A DNA stretch of 64,000 nt from a virus: IMG/VR virus record IMGVR_UViG_3300007760_001422, positions 1-64,000 of that record, one strand, 5' to 3'. The position numbers and the translations under genes were made by a program. Positions 37,200 through 46,707 of the stretch are shown here, in pieces. The notes beneath the pieces are model-generated. The model ran no database searches, had not been told where the DNA came from, and saw only the letters and a program-made list of their open reading frames with translations. Positions within the stretch are counted from its first letter, which is position 1, and every line of letters begins with the position of its first letter.

Positions 37200-37763
37200 T
37201 TATGCTCTATACATACCAGTCATTCCATATGCAGCCGTAGAACCGGGCCACCTATGTATTGTGCCTTTTCTTTTTTGATGTGGCACTTCACCAAGTTCAG
37301 TTGAATCCTTCTCATCGGGATACAACATGTCTTTTTCTAACTCTTCTTCATACTCTTGATCACGCCTATAATATGGTAACTCTTCTTTGATGAATTTATC
37401 TACAGTAAACACAACAGCCTGCACAGAATCCACTTCATCGCTTTCTAGAAATGCCGCTTCCATTGAACTATACACGCTGCCGCCCTGTATTGACGACGGA
37501 TCGGTTACACCTTTTTTTACCAAAAAGTCAAATAATCTGCTTTGGGCGGAATAAACATGATCCCCCATTTCATCTTTTGGAAAAGCTATTATTTTTTTAT
37601 TTTCTGGGGATATAACAATATCAATCTCGGGATGGCTAAATAAAACAAGATTGCCATCCAAAGTCTTTCTTATATTAATGCTGGACTTGTGTTGAATCGG
37701 CTTTTTTTCGGCTTCTTGTTCGGGGGCAGCTGCTGCTGATCCTATTTTTACCTGAATGGCCAT
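37200..37763 (-). CDS. hypothetical protein
   Basis: 187-aa ORF, translationally coupled within the head operon. Confidence 0.75.
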   Translation of the reverse strand: MAIQVKIGSAAAAPEQEAEKKPIQHKSSINIRKTLDGNLVLFSHPEIDIVISPENKKIIAFPKDEMGDHVYSAQSRLFDFLVKKGVTDPSSIQGGSVYSSMEAAFLESDEVDSVQAVVFTVDKFIKEELPYYRRDQEYEEELEKDMLYPDEKDSTELGEVPHQKRKGTIHRWPGSTAAYGMTGMYRA

Positions 37764-38587
37764 TATGCTTGAATCTCTCTAATCAAGTTTTGCACTTTAA
37801 GCACTTGTTCGACCATGCTCTTATCAATAGCGCGATCTTTAAATTGCTCAATTAACTCAAACACCTCTTTTGTTTTATCAAGCATGCCACGATCTTCATT
37901 AATTTCTTCACTATTTTTCATAGCAACCCCTAAAGCATCTTTTAATCTTTTTACTTCTTCATTCAAAAACATTTTCAACCCTATTCCATTATCTGAAAAC
38001 GAGGAAATGTAATTATTCATTAATGTTTTTTGTTCTTCGTGCAGCTTGTCTCCGTATTCTTCATTGAACTTTTTGACAAAAGTTTTATAAACTAAATTAT
38101 CAATAGGGGGCATATTACCATTTTCTTCGTTTTCCTGCACCGTCATGTTTTTCATAAGGGATTCTTCTAGAAGCACCTTGCTTTTAATCGGGGTTTTATC
38201 GCTAAAAACTTGCGATATTGTGGCAAGACTTTTAAAGTTTGGAACAAAGTTTGAATAAACATCCTTTGATAAATTTTGATTTATGTCCGATATAAGACTA
38301 CTTTGCTGTTTAAACAGCGTATCTTGATCAAGAGAAAAATATACTCTCTTGGTTTCCTGTATAAGCTTTTCTGCAACATATGGCTGCATGTTTTTGCTTT
38401 CTAGAATTGCCTTATATAATTCAAGCTCCTTCAACAAGAGAGAATTTTTATTAAAATGTTTTTTTATTATCGATGTGGCCAATCCTTTTCTTTTTGTATT
38501 TTGCTCTACAACGGATCTAGTCACCTCTCTTATTAAGGCTTCAAATAAAAAAGCAGTATTTCGTCGCTTATTGTGCTTTAGCTTCAT
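37763..38587 (-). CDS. hypothetical head-cluster protein
   Basis: 274-aa helical ORF overlapping the portal stop. Confidence 0.75.
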   Translation of the reverse strand: MKLKHNKRRNTAFLFEALIREVTRSVVEQNTKRKGLATSIIKKHFNKNSLLLKELELYKAILESKNMQPYVAEKLIQETKRVYFSLDQDTLFKQQSSLISDINQNLSKDVYSNFVPNFKSLATISQVFSDKTPIKSKVLLEESLMKNMTVQENEENGNMPPIDNLVYKTFVKKFNEEYGDKLHEEQKTLMNNYISSFSDNGIGLKMFLNEEVKRLKDALGVAMKNSEEINEDRGMLDKTKEVFELIEQFKDRAIDKSMVEQVLKVQNLIREIQA

Positions 38588-40544
38588 CTTTTGACTCCAA
38601 TTCTTTTATTAGTTTTTTGATATCTTGATTCATATCAAAAATCTTTTGTTCTTCCTTATTATAACTAGTTTCTTTTCCCTCATAAATTCCTTTTCCCAGT
38701 CCCAGCAGTTCTTGGGCGCCCTTGAATACATTCCTGTCGGTCGCTTTTGAAGTTTCATCAGACCATTTTGATTTCATACTTCTTTTACGAGCGCCCATAT
38801 CTCTTTTATCGTTTTTTGTTGGCTTATAATATTTTCTTGAGGTCTTTGTCTTAACGGCACCATCTTTTCTGACCTTCACCCATTGCTCCTCATCTCTTTT
38901 TCCGGGCGCTGCCAAGAGCGGACTCTCTTCGCCGGGTGGTGCCTCGGCGGCCGGCTCTTCTGCGGCCATGTCTTCACCGCCTTCGGCGCCCATTTCTTCG
39001 TCACCGAAACCTTCGTCGCCCAGATCATCACCCAGCCCTTCTTCTGCGCCGGGCATGCCTCCTCCGGGGAGGGCCGCTGCAGCCTCTCCTGCAACCATTT
39101 CAGCCACCGACTCCAATGAAGCATCAAATTTTCTGTCATAAAACATTTCTCTTTGATTTCTTAAGAATTCTTCGTCTGAAATTCCCAACAGATTAGAAGA
39201 GATCCATCTCCGACTAAAATAACCCTCTGTTGCACCGGTGGCAATTTCAAATTTAGTTCTCCAGTGTTCTAGTTCTTGTAACTCTGCCAATTTCGAAGGA
39301 TTATTTAGCGTCAAGTTAAAAGACACAATGTCATCTCCTCTAAATCCCAAAGTATACAGGTGAACAATTCCAATTTTTTCCAGACTACTTAAGACTGATT
39401 TTTGAAGCCTCTGGATTGTTCTAGAAAACCTGATGTCTTTTTGTGCTAAAGTGGTCTTATCTTCGTCGGCGCCGTCGCCTTGCGCCAAATAAGACTGGGG
39501 TATTTTAATTGCGGAAAATAACTTTTCCCTAAGATATTTAACGTCATCGATATCGCCAGTGTAGGTTCCCCCGGGCAGATTTGTGATCTCTGTTCCCACG
39601 CCATTTCTTTGGGGGATAAAATAATCTTCATCAATGCTCATGGGGTTATAACGAAGATCGACGCGGCCAGTGTTCGGATCAACAACTTGATTGCGCTTCA
39701 TCGATGTGATAACCTTTTGCATATATTGCTCTACATCTTGCGGTGGTATGTTACCCACCTCAACTTTAAAAACTCTACGCTCCGGTGAGCGAACAATGCG
39801 ATAAGCCATCATGGCGTCTTCCAATAGCGTCAGCTGTCTCCATATTCTTCTCGCAGGCTCTAAAACTGATGTGCCATATGGCGCATACTTATCATTCCCT
39901 AGTATTCTAAAATGTGCCAGCTGCCAGTTTTCAAAGGTCACGCCTCCAGAGTTCCATTGATACTGAATGTAATTTGGGTTAGTTTTGTCTTCTCCCTCAA
40001 GGCGCTCTAGCTCGCCTGTCGGCAGGCCAATGACATTTTTAATTCCGCTGGATTCATCGATATCTAGATATAAGAAAAAGTCCCCATACTTACACATGGT
40101 TCTGCACCAGCCAAACAGGTTAAAATCAATATTTAAAATATCGTGATACAGGGAATCTAAAATTCCTTTTATCTCTTCGTTCGAACTGTTTATGTGAAGC
40201 ATCTTGTTCAAAAGGCTGGCCGTGGTTATTTCATCGGCATATATATCAAGGGCCGAGGCCAACTCGGGTGTATACTCCATTTGATCAAAATCTAAATATC
40301 TTTGCATTCTGTTTTGCTGCACCATGATATTGGCCTGTAGATTATCAAACGGATTATACCCAAGCCTTTGAAATTTTTGACCAGCAACATCCTTAAATTT
40401 ATTGGCATATTTATCATACGCCCTTCTTCTCAATTGTCTTGTGGTTTGAGAACGTCGATTGATTATCGGTCCCGAAAACAAGCGTGTAAGTCTTCTAAAC
40501 AGGGGCGCGCCATCGTTTTTTGGATTTGTTTTTCTATCAGCCAT
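38568..40544 (-). CDS. portal protein (T4 gp20-like)
   Basis: LLEDAMMAYRIVRSPERRVF.VEVGN, EDYFIP.R, GTEITNLPGG, DIDDVKY, KIPQSYL, DIRFSRTIQRLQ. Confidence 0.95.
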   Translation of the reverse strand: MADRKTNPKNDGAPLFRRLTRLFSGPIINRRSQTTRQLRRRAYDKYANKFKDVAGQKFQRLGYNPFDNLQANIMVQQNRMQRYLDFDQMEYTPELASALDIYADEITTASLLNKMLHINSSNEEIKGILDSLYHDILNIDFNLFGWCRTMCKYGDFFLYLDIDESSGIKNVIGLPTGELERLEGEDKTNPNYIQYQWNSGGVTFENWQLAHFRILGNDKYAPYGTSVLEPARRIWRQLTLLEDAMMAYRIVRSPERRVFKVEVGNIPPQDVEQYMQKVITSMKRNQVVDPNTGRVDLRYNPMSIDEDYFIPQRNGVGTEITNLPGGTYTGDIDDVKYLREKLFSAIKIPQSYLAQGDGADEDKTTLAQKDIRFSRTIQRLQKSVLSSLEKIGIVHLYTLGFRGDDIVSFNLTLNNPSKLAELQELEHWRTKFEIATGATEGYFSRRWISSNLLGISDEEFLRNQREMFYDRKFDASLESVAEMVAGEAAAALPGGGMPGAEEGLGDDLGDEGFGDEEMGAEGGEDMAAEEPAAEAPPGEESPLLAAPGKRDEEQWVKVRKDGAVKTKTSRKYYKPTKNDKRDMGARKRSMKSKWSDETSKATDRNVFKGAQELLGLGKGIYEGKETSYNKEEQKIFDMNQDIKKLIKELESKDEAKAQ

Positions 40545-40547
40545 ATA

Positions 40548-42137
40548 TTATCCCTTTAACAGCCAAGCATGGTCTTTTATGTCCTCTACATATTTTTTAG
40601 CTTTATCATCCAATTCTATATGTTTTGGTTTAAGCATACCCGGTAAGTTTGTATTTAGTTGTGAATTTGTTACTGTCATTGCGTCTATAAAAGCCTTATT
40701 ATATTCAGCGTCTCTTTGATTTTCAATTATTGCAGTATCTCTAACCCAACACCCAATGGCACATGCCATAATTAAATCATCGTTATAAGATCTCATCGCT
40801 TCTGGTCGACCGTTGTGCCAAACAAAAGTTGACAATTCGCTTTGAAGTCTTTTAGAATATATTTTAAGTAGTTTGTTTCTGATGAATTCTTCGAATTTTG
40901 CAACAACTAAAGGCCTTGTTTTCATTGACATTGTAAAACCGGCCACTGCGCCCGAGCGTCTTTCTGCGGCTAATTCATCAATATATTCATGAGTCGACTT
41001 GATTGAGTGGTAGATGTTGGAATATGCACTTTCTTTTAATTTTTCTAATACAGAGTACCCAATAGAATTGTTTTCAATGACCACCATACAGTTTCCATAC
41101 TCCTTTCCTGCTGTGTCCACCACAGAGGCAAACATGTCTGGAGGTAATTTACCTTGGTACTCGGCAACAATTTCCATTGTTTCTAATTTAAAGACATGAA
41201 ACACCGAATAGTCTTGGCCGTCGCCGCGAGCAACGTCAGCAGACAATAAATATGTATTTTCTGAATTGTATTCTTCCCATATCCAATAATTTCTATCAAA
41301 CCCTGTTTTATATTTGGGCTCCGCGGTTTCAGCCAGAATCCTTTCTATGTCTTGGCTGTGGATAACTGTCTCTCCGGAGGCATTAAAGTTGCACAACAGC
41401 TCTTGTGCAATTTGTCTATAAGACATGTTTTTGGTTTCATTTGCAAACCAATCCTGATCTCTTTCGGGGTGCACGTCCCACATTAGTTTAATTGGATAGA
41501 AATCATTCTTATCTGACTCTGCATCAATATAACTTTGATGAAACCAGTTTCCAACGCCATTGGGGGTTGACAAGGCAATACAACGACCACCCGTAGACAA
41601 CGTGGGGTATAAGCCGGTCCACAGTTCATCTAAATTTTCAACGTGGGCAGCCTCATCAATGACCAAGAGGGAAAGAGCCTCTGAACGGCCGGCGTCACCC
41701 GAAGTGGAGGAGGCTTTAATTTGGGAACCGTTGCTCAACTCAAAAGAAGATCTATTGTCAACAGATACAGAAGCCAACTGCAACAGCCAAGGTGGCAGGT
41801 GTTTTATCATGTGTTTTACTTTTTTAACAAGATTTGATGCTGTGCCAAATTTTGTGGCCATCACCAGCACGTTTCTGTCCCTGTGGAAGAGCAGCATCCA
41901 AGCGATGTAAGCGGCCGTAATGGTTGAAATACCCAGCTGGCGCGCCTTGAGTATTACTGTGAATCTATGATCATTAAACTCATCCAGCAGGTCCGATTGA
42001 TAATTATATGTTTTAAATGGAATTAACCCCTTAAGGGGGTGGGAAATTCTTGCATAATTGTTAACAAAATAAGTCGGGTCTTTACCGCATTGACGTATTT
42101 CTTTGATGATTTCTTTTTTTGTTAATTCGTAACGCAT
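40548..42137 (-). CDS. terL: terminase large subunit (gp17-like)
   Basis: LKARQLGIST (Walker A), LLVIDEAAH (Walker B), LSTPNG, nuclease ADVARGDGQDYS and NDDLIMA. Confidence 0.96.
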   Translation of the reverse strand: MRYELTKKEIIKEIRQCGKDPTYFVNNYARISHPLKGLIPFKTYNYQSDLLDEFNDHRFTVILKARQLGISTITAAYIAWMLLFHRDRNVLVMATKFGTASNLVKKVKHMIKHLPPWLLQLASVSVDNRSSFELSNGSQIKASSTSGDAGRSEALSLLVIDEAAHVENLDELWTGLYPTLSTGGRCIALSTPNGVGNWFHQSYIDAESDKNDFYPIKLMWDVHPERDQDWFANETKNMSYRQIAQELLCNFNASGETVIHSQDIERILAETAEPKYKTGFDRNYWIWEEYNSENTYLLSADVARGDGQDYSVFHVFKLETMEIVAEYQGKLPPDMFASVVDTAGKEYGNCMVVIENNSIGYSVLEKLKESAYSNIYHSIKSTHEYIDELAAERRSGAVAGFTMSMKTRPLVVAKFEEFIRNKLLKIYSKRLQSELSTFVWHNGRPEAMRSYNDDLIMACAIGCWVRDTAIIENQRDAEYNKAFIDAMTVTNSQLNTNLPGMLKPKHIELDDKAKKYVEDIKDHAWLLKG

Positions 42138-42142
42138 GCATC

Positions 42143-42673
42143 TTATTTAAAGTTCTTTGATTTACTCTTGCCAAGTGCTAGCCAGTCTTTAATAGAATCG
42201 GTTAGTCTGTCTTCCGGTGTGCCTTGCCCCACGGCCTCGACGCCCTTGAGACCTCCAATCTTATATAATTTTGTGGCCTGTACCCATGAACGAAGATTGG
42301 ACATACTTTGCACCAAAACCTCGGCATCACCTTTGGGGGTCAACGATAGCGTGTCTTTTGTGATCTTTTTATATTCACCCTTCAGGAATTTTGAAATAGA
42401 TTTAAATTTTCTTTCAACATCGTCTTCGAAGCCCCCTTCGTGAACCTCTTTCATCGGCAACTCCGAATGATAGCTTAATATCAGCTGATCTCCAGATATC
42501 CTAACACTAAAGCCATCCATAACTCTAGAGTCGATGATAGGATCACCCTCTTCTCGGCGCAAGCCTATTTTCTTCTCTTCGCCATCATAAGAGTATCTTT
42601 TGTATTGTGAGCCGTCGTACGCATTTGCTGCAGCTTGATTGATCCCTTTTATAATATCATATACGCTTGCCAT
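42143..42673 (-). CDS. hypothetical protein
   Basis: 176-aa ORF with AGGAG RBS upstream of terL. Confidence 0.75.
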   Translation of the reverse strand: MASVYDIIKGINQAAANAYDGSQYKRYSYDGEEKKIGLRREEGDPIIDSRVMDGFSVRISGDQLILSYHSELPMKEVHEGGFEDDVERKFKSISKFLKGEYKKITKDTLSLTPKGDAEVLVQSMSNLRSWVQATKLYKIGGLKGVEAVGQGTPEDRLTDSIKDWLALGKSKSKNFK

Positions 42674-43069
42674 TTAATCTTGCTCCTTGTCTGGTCTCCA
42701 GCCATTTTCCCAGCGTTCTTCTCTATCTTCGACATACTGAATAAAGCAAAGATAACAGCACTCAAATTTATTCATATATACATCATCTTTCATGTCGAAA
42801 GAATAAACATCACAAACCGGACATTTTCTTTCGGTCTTCTTATTAATTAGATGCTTGCCGACGAAAAAACCGTCTTTATTAATTTTATCACACTGTTCTC
42901 TATTTTTTCGTTGTTTTTTATAAAATTCTTCTGATTGTTTAATGTGTTCTTTTTCTTTTTCTTCATCCCAATTAGACTTGGGGTTGATAATTGTCTTTTG
43001 CCCATACTTTTTAGCTATAGCTTTTTCAAGAGCAGCTATATAATTTAAATCTTTTCCCGATTTACTCAT
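42674..43069 (-). CDS. hypothetical protein with CxxC...CCxxC zinc motif
   Basis: CPVC, ECCYLC, C-terminal WENGWRP. Confidence 0.75.
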   Translation of the reverse strand: MSKSGKDLNYIAALEKAIAKKYGQKTIINPKSNWDEEKEKEHIKQSEEFYKKQRKNREQCDKINKDGFFVGKHLINKKTERKCPVCDVYSFDMKDDVYMNKFECCYLCFIQYVEDREERWENGWRPDKEQD

Positions 43070-43358
43070 ATGATATTGTTTGCCATTCGCCGGCAGCCAC
43101 GATCTTCAACCGATGAGTATCCTCCTCGTAAAGCATTAGGCCATTAAGTGCACTAGTGGCAGTTGGCTTGGAAGCTGCTAGAACTCTGGGTAACATCACC
43201 CCTTTGTTACTTGATGACATCTCCAATATAGCCGATGTGTTTGGTGAGCTAATGCCTATGCCAATATTGGAGTTTCCAGCATCGACATCAATATCATCAT
43301 CTCCGGAGCCAAGTTCTACGTTGCCGTCGACAGTTAAATCATCTCCATATTGTGACAT
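43062..43358 (-). CDS. short fibre-module protein
   Basis: NIGIGISSPNTSAILEMSSSNKGVMLPRV...NGLMLY...W is typical of fibre repeats; AGGAG RBS. Confidence 0.6.
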   Translation of the reverse strand: MSQYGDDLTVDGNVELGSGDDDIDVDAGNSNIGIGISSPNTSAILEMSSSNKGVMLPRVLAASKPTATSALNGLMLYEEDTHRLKIVAAGEWQTISYE

Positions 43359-43376
43359 ATATATTTCTCCTTTTGC

Positions 43377-43844
43377 CTATTGCTTGGTCGCCTGATTAAC
43401 ACCATAAACCGTTATCAGTGTCAATGCAATCCCTACAACAACGCCGCCGGTAGCCCACCACGTTGAATAATCATTTGTATTCCCAGCAATTGCGGCAAGA
43501 CGCTCAATTTCATTGTTTTTGATATTGATCAACGCTTTATGTTTTGATTGTAAAGCTTGATAAGAAACCTTTTGAGTTTCTATAACCAAACCTAGTTCGG
43601 CTCTTAATTTTGCCATTTCATAATCTAATTTAAGCTGCCATTGTTTATCTGAATAATCCTTGTTCGCCAATAATTTGGCTGCAGCAACAGTATTTAATAG
43701 CACACCAGAGTATGGGGCTGGCTGCTTATACCTTAAGCCCGTTATTCTGCCTTCCGGCGGAATCATTGGCTCGTCCGCTAAAGCGATCACCGGTGTAAAA
43801 GTTATGCAAAACACCAATATTAAAGCTGTTATTTTATTCCACAT
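43377..43844 (-). CDS. exported coiled-coil protein with C-terminal TM (possible spanin component)
   Basis: Signal peptide ALA-DE, coiled coil, C-terminal WWATGGVVVGIALTLITVY. Confidence 0.55.
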   Translation of the reverse strand: MWNKITALILVFCITFTPVIALADEPMIPPEGRITGLRYKQPAPYSGVLLNTVAAAKLLANKDYSDKQWQLKLDYEMAKLRAELGLVIETQKVSYQALQSKHKALINIKNNEIERLAAIAGNTNDYSTWWATGGVVVGIALTLITVYGVNQATKQ

Positions 43845-44238
43845 ATTCTAACCCATATTTATCGGCCAGCAATCTTGCTAGCTCATCTGGTTTCTCATTA
43901 TACTCTTCGACCAGTACTTTGATTTCTTTTTTCTTTTGCTTGTCCAATTCTAAACTGTCTTCTTCATATTTTTCTTCTAGTTGTTTTAAAATATTACTAT
44001 ATTTTTCTAAAATTTTATCCTTTTTTTTAATTTCTTCTTCGTGAATTTCGTTTATTGCATCAATTTGTTTTTTATAGCTTTCGGAGCGCACCTTCAAAAC
44101 ATCATGTGCTTTATCCTTTTGTCTAAATAAAAACCACAAAACAATTGTATAAATTATAACGGCCGGTGCCTTCCAGTTGTGTTTAAGCCATGTCCATGTC
44201 TTTTTAAAGCCGGTCTTGATTGTCAGCCATGTTAACAT
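43834..44238 (-). CDS. N-terminal TM plus coiled-coil protein (i-spanin-like)
   Basis: TM PAVIIYTIVLWFLF followed by a charged coiled coil; in the lysis cluster. Confidence 0.55.
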   Translation of the reverse strand: MLTWLTIKTGFKKTWTWLKHNWKAPAVIIYTIVLWFLFRQKDKAHDVLKVRSESYKKQIDAINEIHEEEIKKKDKILEKYSNILKQLEEKYEEDSLELDKQKKKEIKVLVEEYNEKPDELARLLADKYGLEYVE

Positions 44239-44253
44239 AATAATTTCATCCGC

Positions 44254-44673
44254 TTATTGTTTTGTGGTTTTGCTTTCCAAAATAAAATAATATACCAATT
44301 GAGAATCTTTTTCATTATTTTCTTTTTTGACCTGCTTTGCCAACCACTCTTTTCCCTCTACGGCATGTTCGCTGCTTTCGAGCCAGAGCAAATAATGCTT
44401 TACAATCAAACTAGCCGAGAGGTCGCGAATGGCCTCGGTTGCATCACTGTTGGCCATAAGCACCACCATAAGAGACTTAACCCCCAGACAATTATTGGCG
44501 CGCACAAACAATGTACGTATACCCAGCACCGGCACATCGTACCGTTCGTCGGGGTCGCATTGTTTCTTAAGACTCTCGGCTGTCAACTGTGGGTATTTTG
44601 GTGCCGGTGATGTAGTGGCACAGGCTGCTGCAAAAGGCAACAGTAGGAACATAAGCAATAATTTTTTCTTCAT
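44254..44673 (-). CDS. lipoprotein (possible o-spanin)
   Basis: AAGGAG RBS; MKKKLLLMFLLLPFAAAC lipobox. Confidence 0.65.
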   Translation of the reverse strand: MKKKLLLMFLLLPFAAACATTSPAPKYPQLTAESLKKQCDPDERYDVPVLGIRTLFVRANNCLGVKSLMVVLMANSDATEAIRDLSASLIVKHYLLWLESSEHAVEGKEWLAKQVKKENNEKDSQLVYYFILESKTTKQ

Positions 44674-44683
44674 TTTTTCTCCT

Positions 44684-45544
44684 TTAATGATTGTCACAAA
44701 CTTTAAGTTTTTTAAGTGCATCGGGGCCGCCAACTAGCCAATTTCGATCACAACGTCTAATACCAGTCTCATCCAGACCGGCCAATTGGCCTTTGCTTGT
44801 CCATTGCCAAACCGACCATTCACCCCAGCCGCAATTGCCATCGGGCGCATTCCTGCCCCCTTCCTTATATGGCTTTGTGTAGTCAGCTACCCAAAGAGGA
44901 TAATCGACTAGATCGCCCGGATCATTTTTTAAATAACTATACATATACCATTTGGCGGTATATATTACTGCGCGAAGGCCTGTTTCGTTTTCTAGCTCTG
45001 CTAGCCATTCCAAAGCCCATTGGCGATTAAAGTCTGGGTCACCTTTAATGCCAGCTTCCAAGTCCAGCACGGGTAGCATGTCTCCTTCTGGAATTGAACC
45101 CCCGTAGTACTTTAAAAAGTCGCGCACCTCTGACTTAATATCATTTGCGCCGCCAATATGTGGAGATGGAAAGTGATAGCCGCCGATGGGAATTCCATGT
45201 GCGCGGCACTCTTCTAGGTTTCTTTGTGCGCTTTTGTCAAAATAATTAACACCTTGGGATATTTTAGCCCAAACAAATGAAACTTTTGTTGGATCAACTT
45301 TCGCCCAACGCACATTTCCGTTCCAATGGCTAACATCAACCCCTCCGTAAATATCAATTTTTAATTCCTTGCGGGTGTTCGGGCCAACGACGCCATCCAC
45401 CAACAGGCCGGCCTTTTCTTGAAACTTCTCAACCATATTGTGGGTTTTTGGGCCAAAGTCTCCGTCGATATTTAGACCGCCAACGGCACCCTGAATTCTC
45501 TTGACTTCCTGCCCCTTATCTCCCTTTTTGTGTAACAAGCTCAT
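44684..45544 (-). CDS. endolysin: peptidoglycan-binding domain + GH25 muramidase
   Basis: GDKGQEVKRIQ..DGDFGPKT..FQ..GLLVDGVVGPNT; GVDVSHWNG, GGYHF, PVLDLE, LWVADY, WQWTS; start 45544 follows GAGGAG. Confidence 0.92.
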   Translation of the reverse strand: MSLLHKKGDKGQEVKRIQGAVGGLNIDGDFGPKTHNMVEKFQEKAGLLVDGVVGPNTRKELKIDIYGGVDVSHWNGNVRWAKVDPTKVSFVWAKISQGVNYFDKSAQRNLEECRAHGIPIGGYHFPSPHIGGANDIKSEVRDFLKYYGGSIPEGDMLPVLDLEAGIKGDPDFNRQWALEWLAELENETGLRAVIYTAKWYMYSYLKNDPGDLVDYPLWVADYTKPYKEGGRNAPDGNCGWGEWSVWQWTSKGQLAGLDETGIRRCDRNWLVGGPDALKKLKVCDNH

Positions 45545-45545
45545 G

Positions 45546-45956
45546 TTATACTCCTCTATAGTCTTTAACGCCCTTTCCTTTCCAGCGCGCGTTCCAACCG
45601 CGTACATCATAATGTACAAAGTTTTTATAAAGCCCGAGGCCTCCCTTCTTGATTTTACCTTCTTTGATGAGGTTGGAAACAATTTTATGAAGTTCGTTGG
45701 CGCTCAAACCCTTAACAATAATGTCGGCAGCTTTTGCCTTCATATGTTGAGATTTTCTTGCGCCTCCGATCTTTCTATTGTATTTCGGACTTCTATATCC
45801 AGAAATCACATGAACTGGTTTACCTATGTGATCGCGAATAATTTGAAGGTTTTCTACTAGTTCACGAACATTGTCCATCAACTCGTCGGGTACTCGGGAA
45901 CCATCGCGACATTTAAATTCTGATTTTTTAAAGTTTTTTGAAAGAGGTACATCCAT
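45546..45956 (-). CDS. peptidase M15A (Zn D-Ala-D-Ala peptidase family) endolysin-like
   Basis: NFKKSEFKC.DG, ISGYRS..YN, SQHMKAKAADI, FVHYDVRG. Confidence 0.9.
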   Translation of the reverse strand: MDVPLSKNFKKSEFKCRDGSRVPDELMDNVRELVENLQIIRDHIGKPVHVISGYRSPKYNRKIGGARKSQHMKAKAADIIVKGLSANELHKIVSNLIKEGKIKKGGLGLYKNFVHYDVRGWNARWKGKGVKDYRGV

Positions 45957-45958
45957 AA

Positions 45959-46150
45959 TTATGCACCATGCCTCCATCTGGTGGCAATGTCCGCCAAGCC
46001 CTCTAGCCCTATATAAGCCAAACTAATTGCTACCCAGTCTGCCGATGCTAAAGGTACCGTCTCGAATAACATAAAACCGGTGGCCGTCATCCAAACCATT
46101 AGCTTCCTTGACATAAGTTTGTTCAAGGCGCTATCTAATATTTCCTTCAT
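45959..46150 (-). CDS. small two-TM protein, holin candidate
   Basis: SRKLMV...AYIGLEGLAD; next to endolysins. Confidence 0.55.
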   Translation of the reverse strand: MKEILDSALNKLMSRKLMVWMTATGFMLFETVPLASADWVAISLAYIGLEGLADIATRWRHGA

Positions 46151-46155
46151 ACGTA

Positions 46156-46386
46156 TTAGTCCTTCCTACTAAACAAAGTAAACAACAGCCCAACTGCCAC
46201 CAATCCTACAAGGCCTTGGCCGCCCAAGCTTTTTGTTACATTAACCACATTTCCCACAACATCTACTGGAAAAAATTCAACGTTTGGGCCGAATAGAAGC
46301 TGTAGTACAACAGCTAGTGCCAACAGGGCAATTGAACCTTCTGTTAACTGCTTAATCCACTCAACCACTGTCTTTAATTTATCCAT
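46156..46386 (-). CDS. small two-TM membrane protein (holin/antiholin candidate)
   Basis: Two hydrophobic helices; AGGAGG RBS; CTAATTA motif at 46410-46416. Confidence 0.55.
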   Translation of the reverse strand: MDKLKTVVEWIKQLTEGSIALLALAVVLQLLFGPNVEFFPVDVVGNVVNVTKSLGGQGLVGLVAVGLLFTLFSRKD

Positions 46387-46430
46387 AATATTTCCTCCTT
46401 GAATACTATTAATTAGTTTGTTTCTTTATT

Positions 46431-46706
46431 TTATTCATCTTCATCGGAGTCGTCATACTGCGCGCCGCCTTCGTCATAAGGGTTGTCGTCCAAGAGTGAA
46501 TCAAGGCCCCCTTCCCCAAATGAAGATTCCTTTTTTGTATAGCCATCACTTGCCCAACACTGGCCCTTTAGTATAAAACTGGGCGCCGAGATAATTTTTG
46601 CCGTATTGCTCTCGCACCTAGGGCAAGCGGGGTTTTCATCAGTATGTTTCTGGAGTTTGTCAAAGTTGTATTCACAAAACTCACAGACAAATTCATAAAT
46701 TGGCAT
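46431..46706 (-). CDS. FmdB-family zinc-ribbon protein
   Basis: MPIYEFVCEFC...CPRC...KIISAPSFILKG..W...Y; GGAG RBS before ATG 46706. Confidence 0.85.
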   Translation of the reverse strand: MPIYEFVCEFCEYNFDKLQKHTDENPACPRCESNTAKIISAPSFILKGQCWASDGYTKKESSFGEGGLDSLLDDNPYDEGGAQYDDSDEDE

Positions 46707-46707
46707 G

